Shown: piece by piece, positions 1 through 7,524 of the stretch
Position numbering within the stretch: the stretch's first letter is position 1
Layout of the letters: each line of letters starts with the position of its first letter
Assembly (NCBI GenBank): GCA_943354475.1
Contig: CALRBT010000001.1
Location: 23,807 to 87,806, forward strand
DNA length: 64,000 nt
DNA from: Parcubacteria group bacterium
Lineage (GTDB): Bacteria > Patescibacteriota > Minisyncoccia > Phycocordibacterales > CALRBT01
Direction of reading: 5' to 3'
Program-made: the position numbers and the translations under genes
The notes under the pieces: model-generated
Database searches by the model: none
Seen by the model: only the letters and a program-made list of their open reading frames with translations
Told to the model about the DNA's origin: nothing

Positions 1-17
1 CGCACTTGTTTTCATAT

Positions 18-92
18 CGCGGGATAGAGCAGCAGTAGCTCGTCAGGCTCATAACCTGAAGGTCGTTGGTGCAAATCCAACTCCCGCAACCA
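18..92 (+). tRNA. tRNA-fMet (initiator, anticodon CAT), CCA encoded
   Basis: Cloverleaf folded by hand: acceptor cgcggga/tcccgca with a C1:A72 mismatch, A11:U24 in the D-stem, anticodon loop ctCATaa, T-loop tgcaaat, discriminator A plus CCA. Confidence 0.8.
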
Positions 93-111
93 AATTGAAG
101 TTTTTTCCAAG

Positions 112-270
112 CGAAGCTGAATTCATATTTTTTGTAAGCGTAGCGATCCATGCAAAAAAGTATGAATTCATGTCGCGGATATCTCGACAGAGATACAAGA
201 CAAGAAGTTACAAAAAAGCTTAAATTTGCGTCGCGGGTGTCCCGATAAGGGATACCAAGACGTAAACTGG
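112..270. repeat. Cluster of degenerate ~55-bp repeats (caaaaaag-N13-gtcgc-hairpin); copy 0 is inverted, copies A and B are direct; a third direct copy lies at 916-975
   Basis: Copy A 152-205, copy B 210-265, copy C 916-975. Hairpin stems differ between copies but stay fully paired: tatctc/gagata, ggtgtccc/gggatacc, ctgtttctc/gagaaacag. Confidence 0.6.
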
Positions 271-281
271 TTTTATGATTG

Positions 282-316
282 AAAAACAAAAACCCCAATT
301 GGGGTTTTTGTTTTTC
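282..316. terminator. Bidirectional rho-independent terminator-like palindrome
   Basis: gaaaaacaaaaacccc-aatt-ggggtttttgttttt is a perfect palindrome with A/T tracts on both sides. Confidence 0.6.
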
Positions 317-670
317 GTGGTTGCGGGAGTAAGAGGATTAAAAACTTTTCATTTGGAATGTATGTTGTAACATTAAGATAAGCAAATAATCCTATTTGCT
401 TGGGTGGAGTCAAGAGAATGTTCGAAGATCCTCCTGTTGCACATGAGGGTGATGATCTGGATCCCTCCAAAGGTATCGTTTGGGCGATTGAAATGTCGCT
501 GGTATTGTACGGAGTACCTTTCTTGTTTTACAGGCTCATTGGAAGCATCCTTTGATGCTGGATCAAAAATAGGGTCGACCGAGGCTATTGCTGAGGTCGA
601 CCCATGTTGTTTCCATACGGGACTCTAGTCATTGAAGGGATTCATTTCTTATGGTATTGTGCACGGTATT

Positions 671-744
671 GTCGGTGTAGCTCAGGTAGTTAGAGCATGG
701 CACTCATAAAGCCAAGGTCGAAGGTGCAAGTCCTTCCACCGACA
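671..744 (+). tRNA. tRNA-Met elongator (anticodon CAT; could instead be tRNA-Ile2 lysidine type)
   Basis: Acceptor gtcggtg/caccgac, D-arm gctc-aggtagtta-gagc, anticodon loop ctCATaa, T-arm gaagg-tgcaagt-ccttc, Y11:R24 (elongator), no CCA encoded. Confidence 0.75.
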
Positions 745-867
745 CAAACGAAGTGCGTGGGGTGGAGCAGTGTGTCTGCACACACTGCACAAGGACTTGC
801 AGGCCGGAGCATGTCGCTTCAGCGACGGCGAGGTGGGGTCGCGACCAGCGAAGCTGAGTTGTGACCA

Positions 868-888
868 AGTCCTTCCACCGACACATGA
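868..888 (+). repeat. Partial direct duplicate of the 3' end of the 671-744 tRNA (T-loop/acceptor, 19-21 nt)
   Basis: caagtccttccaccgacaca occurs at both 726-745 and 869-888, with no matching 5' tRNA portion at the second site. Confidence 0.6.
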
Positions 889-1068
889 ATTTGAGTTTTT
901 TGTGAATGAAATGATCCTTACAAAAAAGCTCAAATTCACGTCGCTGTTTCTCGCATAGAGAAACAGCGACGTGAACTGAAGCGCGCGTGGTGGAGCAGTG
1001 TGTCTGCGCAGTAAGATTTATACACATTTTGGTTAGGTGAATACCCTGTCACGAGATATAATAAATTT

Positions 1069-1740
1069 GTGCCAGTATATAAAAAAGTAAATAAAAAGTT
1101 TTTTAAAATGTGGAGCCAGGAAATGGCATACGTACTTGGTTTTTTTGCTGCGGATGGATATATCACAGTGAACAGAAGGGGTGGACAATTTTGGTGCATA
1201 CAAATTGTTGATAAAACACTTCTCATGCAAATTAAAAAAAATATCGGTTCTGATCATAAAATTAGCGAGCGGAATCGTGGGGGAAACGAAAGCACGATAT
1301 ATCGGCTACAGATTGGCAGTATTGAGATGTGTGACGATTTACGAAAGTTAGGCTTTACCGAGAGAAAAACGAAGAGTCTGGCGGTTCCAAATGTTCCAGG
1401 GGAATATCTGGGAAGCTTCACTCGAGGATATTTTGATGGGGATGGAAATATTTGGCTTGGATATTTACACAAGGAAAGAGGTGTACCAACATTGTCTCTC
1501 CATGTAGCTTTCACTTCAGGTTCAGGAGATTTTTTAAGTACCTTACAGCTTAGATTAAGAGAGATAGGTGTACATGGTGGTAGTTTGGTGAGGCCTAAGG
1601 AAAACTACCATCGATTACAGTATGGTCTTCGTGACTCTTTGAAATTATACGAATTTATGTATAATGGCCTAGATACATCGAAATTATTCCTGAAAAGGAA
1701 AAAAGATGTATTTGAGAAGTATATACGTATGCGGCTGTAG
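1069..1740 (+). CDS. LAGLIDADG homing endonuclease (double-motif type)
   Basis: Two LAGLIDADG-like motifs, LGFFAADGYI and RGYFDGDGNI, separated by about 100 aa; the last 10 nt overlap the tRNA 5' exon at 1731. Confidence 0.8.
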   Translation: MPVYKKVNKKFFKMWSQEMAYVLGFFAADGYITVNRRGGQFWCIQIVDKTLLMQIKKNIGSDHKISERNRGGNESTIYRLQIGSIEMCDDLRKLGFTERKTKSLAVPNVPGEYLGSFTRGYFDGDGNIWLGYLHKERGVPTLSLHVAFTSGSGDFLSTLQLRLREIGVHGGSLVRPKENYHRLQYGLRDSLKLYEFMYNGLDTSKLFLKRKKDVFEKYIRMRL

Positions 1741-2023
1741 CTCAACGGTAGAGCACTCCCCTGTAGATATTGCAGCTTTCTGTCGAAAGGGCAGATTGAA
1801 ACTCTTTGGGATATCGGTGAAGGCTAAACTAGTCGCCAATCTGGTAACTGGCATGCGAATACCGAGGGAACCCCTCCTTACAGGGAGGGGGCGCCGTAGA
1901 GACTAGATACCGAAGCACCTACTTGTACATTCTGTACTTATGGTGAAGATATAGTCCACGCCATTATGAAAATAGTGGATAAGTGCACGGGAGAGGCCGT
2001 GGGGTCAGCACCCATCAGCCGCG
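1731..2023 (+). tRNA. Putative tRNA-Asp(GTC) interrupted in the anticodon loop by a group I intron (exons 1731-1764 and 1986-2023)
   Basis: 5' exon gcggctg-ta-gctc-aacggta-gagc-a-ctccc-ctgt has an ideal acceptor and D-arm. 3' exon cac-gggag-aggcc-gtggg-gtcagca-cccat-cagccgc-g has a 7/7 acceptor complement. The spliced anticodon loop ctGTCac equals the canonical tRNA-Asp loop. The T-loop is non-canonical (G54, G58), which lowers confidence; Ala(TGC) is the alternative splice solution. Confidence 0.45.
1765..1985 (+). ncRNA. Group I self-splicing intron (tRNA-type, IC3-like), no internal ORF
   Basis: R-element-like gtagagactaga and S-element aagatatagtcc (P7 strands) are present. P9 hairpin ccattat-GAAA-atagtgg, terminal omega-G at 1985, a P1 candidate ctgt|agatatt-gcag with a U.G pair at the splice site, and an aaaggg P4-like segment. 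Confidence 0.6.
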
Positions 2024-2330
2024 CAAAATTAAGCCCTTCAACTCAGTAGATCATTCTACTGAATGAGGGGTTTTAATTTTGCGCGGCTGAAGCGAGTAAA
2101 CTGCTTTACTCGCGTTGGGTGCTGACGGACGGAGCTATGTTTTGGTACCAACCAAAACGAGTGAGTCGGGGTAGCGAAATTTTCGAGCGGACGGCGAGAA
2201 AATATTCGTGACCAGCACCCATCAGCCGCGCCAAACAAAAATATCATAGCTTATGCTATGATATTTTTGTTTATGAGCTTGGCCAAAGAAAGTGAAATTT
2301 TTCACTTTCGTCCGATTTGAACAAGCGGAG
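2005..2330. repeat. Dense palindrome/hairpin cluster, including a nested cruciform built on the tRNA 3' acceptor strand and a second copy of cagcacccatcagccgcgc at 2212-2231
   Basis: tcagccgcgcaaaattaa...ttaattttgcgcggctga long-range stem with inner hairpins tcagtaga-tcat-tctactga and gcgagtaaa-ctgc-tttactcgc; also gttttggt-acc-aaccaaaac, the perfect palindrome aaacaaaaatatcatagc-ttat-gctatgatatttttgttt, and gaaagtgaaa-ttt-ttcactttc. Confidence 0.55.
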
Positions 2331-2435
2331 CCAAGTCGCTTTAGCGACAGGCGAGCTCGGGGAGGAAGTTCTTAATGAGCGAAGCGAATTTAGAAACTTG
2401 ACCCTCAAATCCGGTTGGCCGCGCATAGTTTTTAA

Positions 2436-2774
2436 GTGTTATTTAAAGGTACGAAATCCCTTATGGAGTTAGGGACGGAGAACTGGTATAATATATGTAT
2501 ATATATGTTACAAAAACTAGGATTAGAAAGAAACCACTTTTTATTAGCATTGATACCTTGGGCAGCTGGAATAATTTCATTTCCTGTAGTTCTTTTCTTT
2601 GCTTCTCATGTGATGCTGGTTGCAGGGATTATTGTTTTAGTCGTATGTTGGGCTAAAAAAGGAGTTGGATATGCTGGAAAAGTTTTTTTGGCATTTATAA
2701 TACTAAGCATTGTTTGGTACCTGCTTAGTTACATTTTTTCATTGTTAGGATTTGGTTGGAAGGCGCTAGTCTAA
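2436..2774 (+). CDS. Small integral membrane protein (hypothetical)
   Basis: 112-aa ORF with three hydrophobic helices; terminator follows. Confidence 0.5.
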   Translation: MLFKGTKSLMELGTENWYNICIYMLQKLGLERNHFLLALIPWAAGIISFPVVLFFASHVMLVAGIIVLVVCWAKKGVGYAGKVFLAFIILSIVWYLLSYIFSLLGFGWKALV

Positions 2775-2840
2775 TATACACACTAGTATTATTTCTTATC
2801 TCAAATCCAGTTCTAACGTCATCCACTAGTCCGCGCAAAT

Positions 2841-2867
2841 AAAAACCGCCATTGGGCGGTTTTTGTG
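2841..2867 (+). terminator. Rho-independent terminator
   Basis: aaaaaccgcc-attg-ggcggttttt. Confidence 0.7.
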
Positions 2868-3010
2868 TGGCTGAGAAAGGTGTGGGGCACTCTCAAGTTT
2901 TTTACTTGAAGAAATAATGAGTAAAACGTTTAAGTTTACTTTTCTTTCGATTACTGTATATTTCAGCCAGATAGGTATCAGATACTCGGGGAAAACAAGG
3001 AGGATACATA

Positions 3011-3547
3011 ATGTCTGCTCCAAAAGAACTTGCGTCAAATGTTGTAGAAGTAGAATTTTTCTTTATTGATCCATCAAATTTGTCGCTAAAGGAATTTTCT
3101 AGCCAAGCCGTAAACCGGTTAGAAGACGGTGCTCATTTGCAGAAGACGATCAGGTTCTACGATACGCATAGTCTTATTAGCCAACTTGTTGTTAAGTATA
3201 ATGAAGAAAATAACCGTCACGCCCAACTACTTGATAAAATTTTGGCAGTAGGTTTTTGGAGAAGAAAAATTATCTGTTGGCAAGCAGGTAAAAAATTGGA
3301 AGCATGTGTGCAGATACGTGAAAGGCTCCATCGTTTAATTGTATTCCAATTAATGACGGCAATTCGCATCTCGCCAGTCATTGCAATAGAGAGTAATACT
3401 GGTCGGTCGTTTCGGATGATCGAAGGAAATGAATTATACGAATTAGCCACTTCAGTAGAGAAGTCTGTAAGATGTTGGGTCTTTGTATTTCCACCAAACG
3501 ATACTTTACTGTTTGATGGAATTGAAATGCTGGGGTCTGTAATGTAG
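3011..3547 (+). CDS. Hypothetical protein
   Basis: 178-aa ORF preceded by the strong SD aaggagg 7 nt upstream; terminator downstream. Confidence 0.55.
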   Translation: MSAPKELASNVVEVEFFFIDPSNLSLKEFSSQAVNRLEDGAHLQKTIRFYDTHSLISQLVVKYNEENNRHAQLLDKILAVGFWRRKIICWQAGKKLEACVQIRERLHRLIVFQLMTAIRISPVIAIESNTGRSFRMIEGNELYELATSVEKSVRCWVFVFPPNDTLLFDGIEMLGSVM

Positions 3548-3557
3548 GTATTGGTCT

Positions 3558-3596
3558 GCCACCGTTCGCGTAAGCGAACGGTGGCATTGTGGTTTA
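3558..3596 (+). terminator. Rho-independent terminator
   Basis: gccaccgttcgc-gtaa-gcgaacggtggc followed by attgtggttt. Confidence 0.7.
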
Positions 3597-3659
3597 TGGG
3601 TTTAGGGGGGTAAAGAGAACTCGCAAAATATACATTTTTCTGATATTGTTTTTTGGCGA

Positions 3660-3800
3660 CATCCTTGGAGCTGAACTAGGATGCCGTGTGCCGAGTGTGG
3701 GTCGTGGCTAGAGCCAACAAACCCTTGCGGCCGTATCGGTCACCGGAACTCATCTCTCCCTTGACCGATCCCCACCACGACCCACACACCGTCAAACAGC
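3660..3800 (+). ncRNA. Candidate structured RNA (GC-rich ~60% segment with a long-range stem), unclassified
   Basis: gtgtgggtcgtgg ... ccacgacccacac long-range pairing encloses internal hairpins. GC content sits far above the ~38% background, there is no ORF of 60 aa or more, and it lies directly upstream of tRNA-Thr. Confidence 0.3.
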
Positions 3801-3853
3801 TTTTGATCTTTGTTCTAGTACCAGAGGATCATGATTTTTGATCCTCGAATTAG

Positions 3854-3926
3854 CCAATGTAGCTCAGTTGGTAGAGCACGTCCTTGGTAAGGACGAGGTC
3901 TCCGGTTCAATCCCGGACATTGGCTC
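3854..3926 (+). tRNA. tRNA-Thr (anticodon GGT)
   Basis: Acceptor gccaatg/cattggc, D-arm gctc-agttggta-gagc, anticodon stem cgtcc/ggacg with loop ttGGTaa, T-arm tccgg-ttcaatc-ccgga. Confidence 0.85.
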
Positions 3927-3969
3927 CGCAAAAACATACTTAATTTGATTCTGTAGTAGAATAGAGTAA

Positions 3970-5067
3970 ATGCAAACAAGACTTATTCTGTTAGTGATTT
4001 CGTTTGTCTCAATGGTGGTAATTCTGACCAGCGCTTCTTATTTACACGCACATCGTCTTGAAGCTACCTTGATAAACTATAGACAAGCTAATAAAGAAAT
4101 TACACAGCCTCAGCTAAAGAAAGAAAAAATTTCTCAAAACGAAGGGGATATCTCACTTATTGCGGTTGGGGATATTATGTTATCGAGAATTGTTGCAAGT
4201 AAGATAAAGACCAACAAAGATCCTTACTATCCTTTTTTAAACACCACAGATTATTTAAGAGATGCTGACATCACCTTTGGGAATCTTGAAAATCCCATAA
4301 CCGCAGGTCGAGCCATTGAAGTACATGAAATGGTTTTTCATGCCGATCCTGGTATGGAAAAGGTGCTTGGGGACGTTGGGTTTGACGTACTCTCGCTTGC
4401 CAACAACCATTCACCAAACTTTGGAGCAAAAGGATTGATTGATACTTTTAGCTATTTAGACCAGGTTGGTGTTCTGCACCCTGGTGCAGGCAAAACTTCC
4501 AAAGAGGCAAACTCGCCGGTGTACATTACTCGCAAAGGCAAGACCTTTGCATTTCTTGCATATAACGATCCTGATGTAGTACCAAAGGAATATGAAGCGA
4601 CTGAAAAAAGAGCGGGAACGGCTTTTATGAGAAGTGAGAAAATGATTGAATCGGTAAAAGAGGCAAAACAAAAAGCAGATTTTGTTATCGTCTCAATCCA
4701 CTCTGGTAAAGAGTACACAAAGATTCCAAATACATCGCAAACCAATTTTGCACACAAAGCAATCGATGCAGGGGCTGAAATGGTTATCGGACATCACCCT
4801 CACGTTATCCAATCGGTTGAGAAGTATAATGGAAAATATATTTTGTACAGTTTGGGCAATTTTGTTTTTGATCAGAGGTGGGAAGAAACCAAGCTTGGTT
4901 TATCTGCGAAAATATTTTTTAACGAACAAGGGGTTAGAGAGATTTCATTTTTTCCGATTATGATTCGAGATTTTTCTCAACCAGAAATACTGAAAGGGGA
5001 AATTGCAACCAAAACTCTAGAGCGACTAGGTGAGCCGTTTGCACAGGGCTCGATTATTGTTCAGTAA
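3970..5067 (+). CDS. CapA/PGA_cap family metallophosphatase-like protein (poly-gamma-glutamate biosynthesis CapA homolog), N-terminal membrane anchor
   Basis: IAVGDIMLSR, GNLENP, NNHSPNFG and SLGNFVFDQ motifs typical of the CapA/YwtB family. Confidence 0.7.
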   Translation: MQTRLILLVISFVSMVVILTSASYLHAHRLEATLINYRQANKEITQPQLKKEKISQNEGDISLIAVGDIMLSRIVASKIKTNKDPYYPFLNTTDYLRDADITFGNLENPITAGRAIEVHEMVFHADPGMEKVLGDVGFDVLSLANNHSPNFGAKGLIDTFSYLDQVGVLHPGAGKTSKEANSPVYITRKGKTFAFLAYNDPDVVPKEYEATEKRAGTAFMRSEKMIESVKEAKQKADFVIVSIHSGKEYTKIPNTSQTNFAHKAIDAGAEMVIGHHPHVIQSVEKYNGKYILYSLGNFVFDQRWEETKLGLSAKIFFNEQGVREISFFPIMIRDFSQPEILKGEIATKTLERLGEPFAQGSIIVQ

Positions 5068-5156
5068 TAGATTACATAGAAAAAACGAAAAGCACGGATT
5101 CGTTTTCGGCGCGCGCAGAGCGCGCGCCTGAAACGATACCGTGCTCCTAAGTAAAC

Positions 5157-5447
5157 TCAATCGGCGTCGGGAAGTTGATATGGTATGCGTGGTTCGCGCA
5201 TAGCCTGGTCATATTCATCCAATGGATCGGTTCTGCCCGTTTCGGGAGGAACTAGCAGTACCACCTTCTCGCCACCTGTTCCGAGAGAATCCCTCAGGTC
5301 ATCAGACCCGTCTCCACTTGGGCCAACTCCAATTCCACTTGGTGAGACAGGTGATTTTTTGAGAGAATCTCCTGGCTGTTTCCCGCAGACATCGAAACCA
5401 AAACGGTCCATCGTTCGTTTTCTCCACATAGAACTTATCCAGCCCAT
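5157..5447 (-). CDS. Hypothetical protein in a GC-rich island (alternative: the overlapping + strand ORF 5185-5505)
   Basis: GC ~55% segment in which both strands are open. The minus ORF is convergent with capA and shares a hairpin region at 5080-5130; the plus ORF is followed by a hairpin at 5551-5578. Real coding strand unresolved. Confidence 0.25.
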   Translation of the reverse strand: MGWISSMWRKRTMDRFGFDVCGKQPGDSLKKSPVSPSGIGVGPSGDGSDDLRDSLGTGGEKVVLLVPPETGRTDPLDEYDQAMREPRIPYQLPDAD

Positions 5448-5550
5448 CTTCGTCCAATTTGTCCACGACCGGTTCGTGCGACAGATTGTTCGGATGCTGG
5501 TGTAAGGAAACTAATTTTGAGTTTATTTCCTTATATCAGAACCTGAAACT

Positions 5551-5590
5551 AACAAGACCCCATTTTGGTGGGGTCTTGCGGTTTGTGGTG
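5551..5590 (+). terminator. Hairpin terminator candidate
   Basis: caagacccc-attttggt-ggggtcttg followed by cggtttgtggtg. Confidence 0.45.
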
Positions 5591-5800
5591 AAATTTAAGT
5601 TATAAGTTTACCAACGCGCAAGACCCCGACTAAAGTATCGGGTAATCCATACAAAGACGTATGAAATTTGCGCTTGATGTAACATATATATAACTTACTC
5701 TCAGTGTCCGTTGGTGTCAAGTAACCTATGGTGTGGAAAAAAAAGATCAATCTCACAGCTTCCTTTGGGGGTAGAATTTTGATAAGGTGTGTTGGTGTTA

Positions 5801-5873
5801 GCCAGAGTAGCTCAGTTGGCAGAGCATTTCACTCGTAACGAAAAGGTCGGCGGTCCGATTCCGCCCTCTGGCT
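5801..5873 (+). tRNA. tRNA-Thr (anticodon CGT)
   Basis: Acceptor gccagag/ctctggc (7/7), D-arm gctc-agttggca-gagc, anticodon loop ctCGTaa (A31.C39 mismatch), T-arm ggcgg-tccgatt-ccgcc. Confidence 0.75.
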
Positions 5874-5874
5874 C

Positions 5875-6759
5875 ATGGAAAAAGAAAAAATACAAAAACG
5901 AATTACAGAAATCGAGGCGATGATGTCGGAAGGGAATTTCTGGCAGGATAAAGTCTTGGCGCAATCTCTAGTTAGAGAAATCCAAGAACTCAAAGAGCTC
6001 GAATTAACTGGCGGTGAAGGTGGGAAGTATGACAGAGGCGACGCTATTATCACCATCTTCTCAGGCGCAGGTGGGGATGACTCCGAAGATTTTTCTCGCA
6101 TCCTTCTTGAGATGTATCAGAAATACTTTCGCAAGAAGAATTGGGATGTTCGGGTAATCCATAGCAACGAGAATGACCACGGTGGGTATCGCAACATTAC
6201 TATTGAAATCCACGGTCGCGGTGTCTACGGCACAATCAAACACGAGTCTGGAGTGCATCGTCTGGTGCGCATCTCACCCTTTAATGCTAAGAAGCTTCGA
6301 CACACTTCGTTCTCGATGGTCGAGGTTATTCCAAAATTTGAAAAAGTAGATGAGTTCGTTATTCCTGAAGATGAGATTGAGGTAACGATGGCACGCTCGA
6401 GTGGTCCTGGAGGACAAAATGTTAATAAACGCGAGACTGCTGTCCGTATGGTGCATTTGCCAACCAAACTCTCGGTTCATGTCGAATCAGAACGCTCGCA
6501 GGCACAGAACAAAGAGAAAGCGCTTGAAATCCTCGGTGCCAAAATATATCGACTTCAAGAGGACGAGCGAATTGCAAAAGAGAAAGGAATGTATATCAGT
6601 AAAACAACCGACGCAGCGTGGGGAAATCAGATACGCTCCTATGTAACCCATCCGTACAAAATGGTCAAAGATCACCGAACCAATGTTGAGGTGAACAACG
6701 TAGAGAAAGTGTTTGACGGAGAAATCGATGAATTCATCGAAGCAGAAAAAGCTTTATAA
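5875..6759 (+). CDS. prfB: Peptide chain release factor 2 (SPF and GGQ motifs); short N-terminus, no programmed +1 frameshift site
   Basis: SPFNAKK (RF2 tripeptide motif), SGPGGQNVN, and a 'HRLVRISPF' / 'TNVEV' core. The ATG lies 2 nt after the tRNA discriminator, and an in-frame TAA inside the tRNA prevents any upstream extension. Confidence 0.85.
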   Translation: MEKEKIQKRITEIEAMMSEGNFWQDKVLAQSLVREIQELKELELTGGEGGKYDRGDAIITIFSGAGGDDSEDFSRILLEMYQKYFRKKNWDVRVIHSNENDHGGYRNITIEIHGRGVYGTIKHESGVHRLVRISPFNAKKLRHTSFSMVEVIPKFEKVDEFVIPEDEIEVTMARSSGPGGQNVNKRETAVRMVHLPTKLSVHVESERSQAQNKEKALEILGAKIYRLQEDERIAKEKGMYISKTTDAAWGNQIRSYVTHPYKMVKDHRTNVEVNNVEKVFDGEIDEFIEAEKAL

Positions 6760-6813
6760 AGTAAGACAGAAATCAGCTTGTTTTAATGTACGTTACGCTA
6801 TAAAATATAAAGA

Positions 6814-7494
6814 ATGATTTATTATGACAATGTGTCAAAGATCTATAAGGATGACTCCGTTATTCTTGATTCAATCAGTTTTGGTATAGAGCCAAAAGAA
6901 TTTGTTTCAATTGTTGGTCCATCGGGCGCCGGCAAGACAACACTCCTTAAGATGCTCATTGCTGAAGAAAAGCCAACATCAGGTAAGGTGTTTTTTGAAT
7001 CGACCGATGTTCACAACCTTTCTCGCTCAGATATTCCCAGGTATCGTAGACGTGTTGGGATGATATTTCAGGACTTTAGATTGATCCCCAACAAGACGGC
7101 CTATGAGAACATTGCCTTTGCAATGGAGGCAGCTGGACGAAGTGATGAAGAGATTCAGTCTGATGTGCCACACGTTCTTGAGTTGGTTGACCTCGCTGAC
7201 AAGATTTGGCATTTTCCTCATCAGCTCTCGGGAGGTGAGAAACAGCGTGTCGCTATTGCTCGTGCAATCGTTAATCAGCCAGATGTACTCATTGCAGATG
7301 AACCAACGGGGAATCTTGATCCGTTTAATACCTATGACGTGGTTCAAATTTTGCGGAAGATTAACGACCTTGGAACCACAGTTATCCTGACAACACATAA
7401 CAAAGGCATTATCGACTCTCTCGGCAAACGTGTTATCACGATAGAAAAAGGGAGGGTCGTACGAGACGATGCTGAAGGAAAATACGTCTTGTAA
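6814..7494 (+). CDS. ftsE: Cell division ATP-binding protein FtsE (ABC ATPase)
   Basis: Walker A GPSGAGKTT, signature LSGGEKQR, Walker B VLIADEPTGNLD; followed by ftsX. Confidence 0.85.
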   Translation: MIYYDNVSKIYKDDSVILDSISFGIEPKEFVSIVGPSGAGKTTLLKMLIAEEKPTSGKVFFESTDVHNLSRSDIPRYRRRVGMIFQDFRLIPNKTAYENIAFAMEAAGRSDEEIQSDVPHVLELVDLADKIWHFPHQLSGGEKQRVAIARAIVNQPDVLIADEPTGNLDPFNTYDVVQILRKINDLGTTVILTTHNKGIIDSLGKRVITIEKGRVVRDDAEGKYVL

Positions 7495-7524
7495 ATTTAA
7501 TTTTTTATATAATCAAAACTATCC

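Noticed and set aside
745-868. Possible additional tRNA or intron between the tRNA-Met and its 3'-end duplicate (ggtggagcagtg motifs at 760-790 and 985-1013)
   Set aside because: No complete acceptor/D/anticodon/T arrangement could be folded, and no group I P7 elements were seen. Left as unexplained repeat-containing spacer.
273-1027. ORF-track entries 273-470(-), 404-628(+), 682-939(-), 704-1027(-), 770-958(+), 936-1226(-)
   Set aside because: They overlap tRNA genes, palindromes and repeat copies, are mutually overlapping, and are low-complexity or Cys/Arg-rich; judged spurious.
1731-2023. Alternative reading of the split tRNA as tRNA-Ala(TGC) (splice ct|...|tgcac)
   Set aside because: That splice site lacks the conserved U.G pair at the end of P1, and the acceptor stem has G3-C70 rather than the Ala identity pair G3.U70. 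Asp(GTC), with a U.G-closed P1 and the canonical CUGUCAC loop, is preferred.
5875-5960. Searched for the canonical prfB +1 programmed frameshift (SD-like element followed by CUU UGA C)
   Set aside because: The ORF is continuous from the ATG at 5875, and no UGA or SD-like frameshift window is present.
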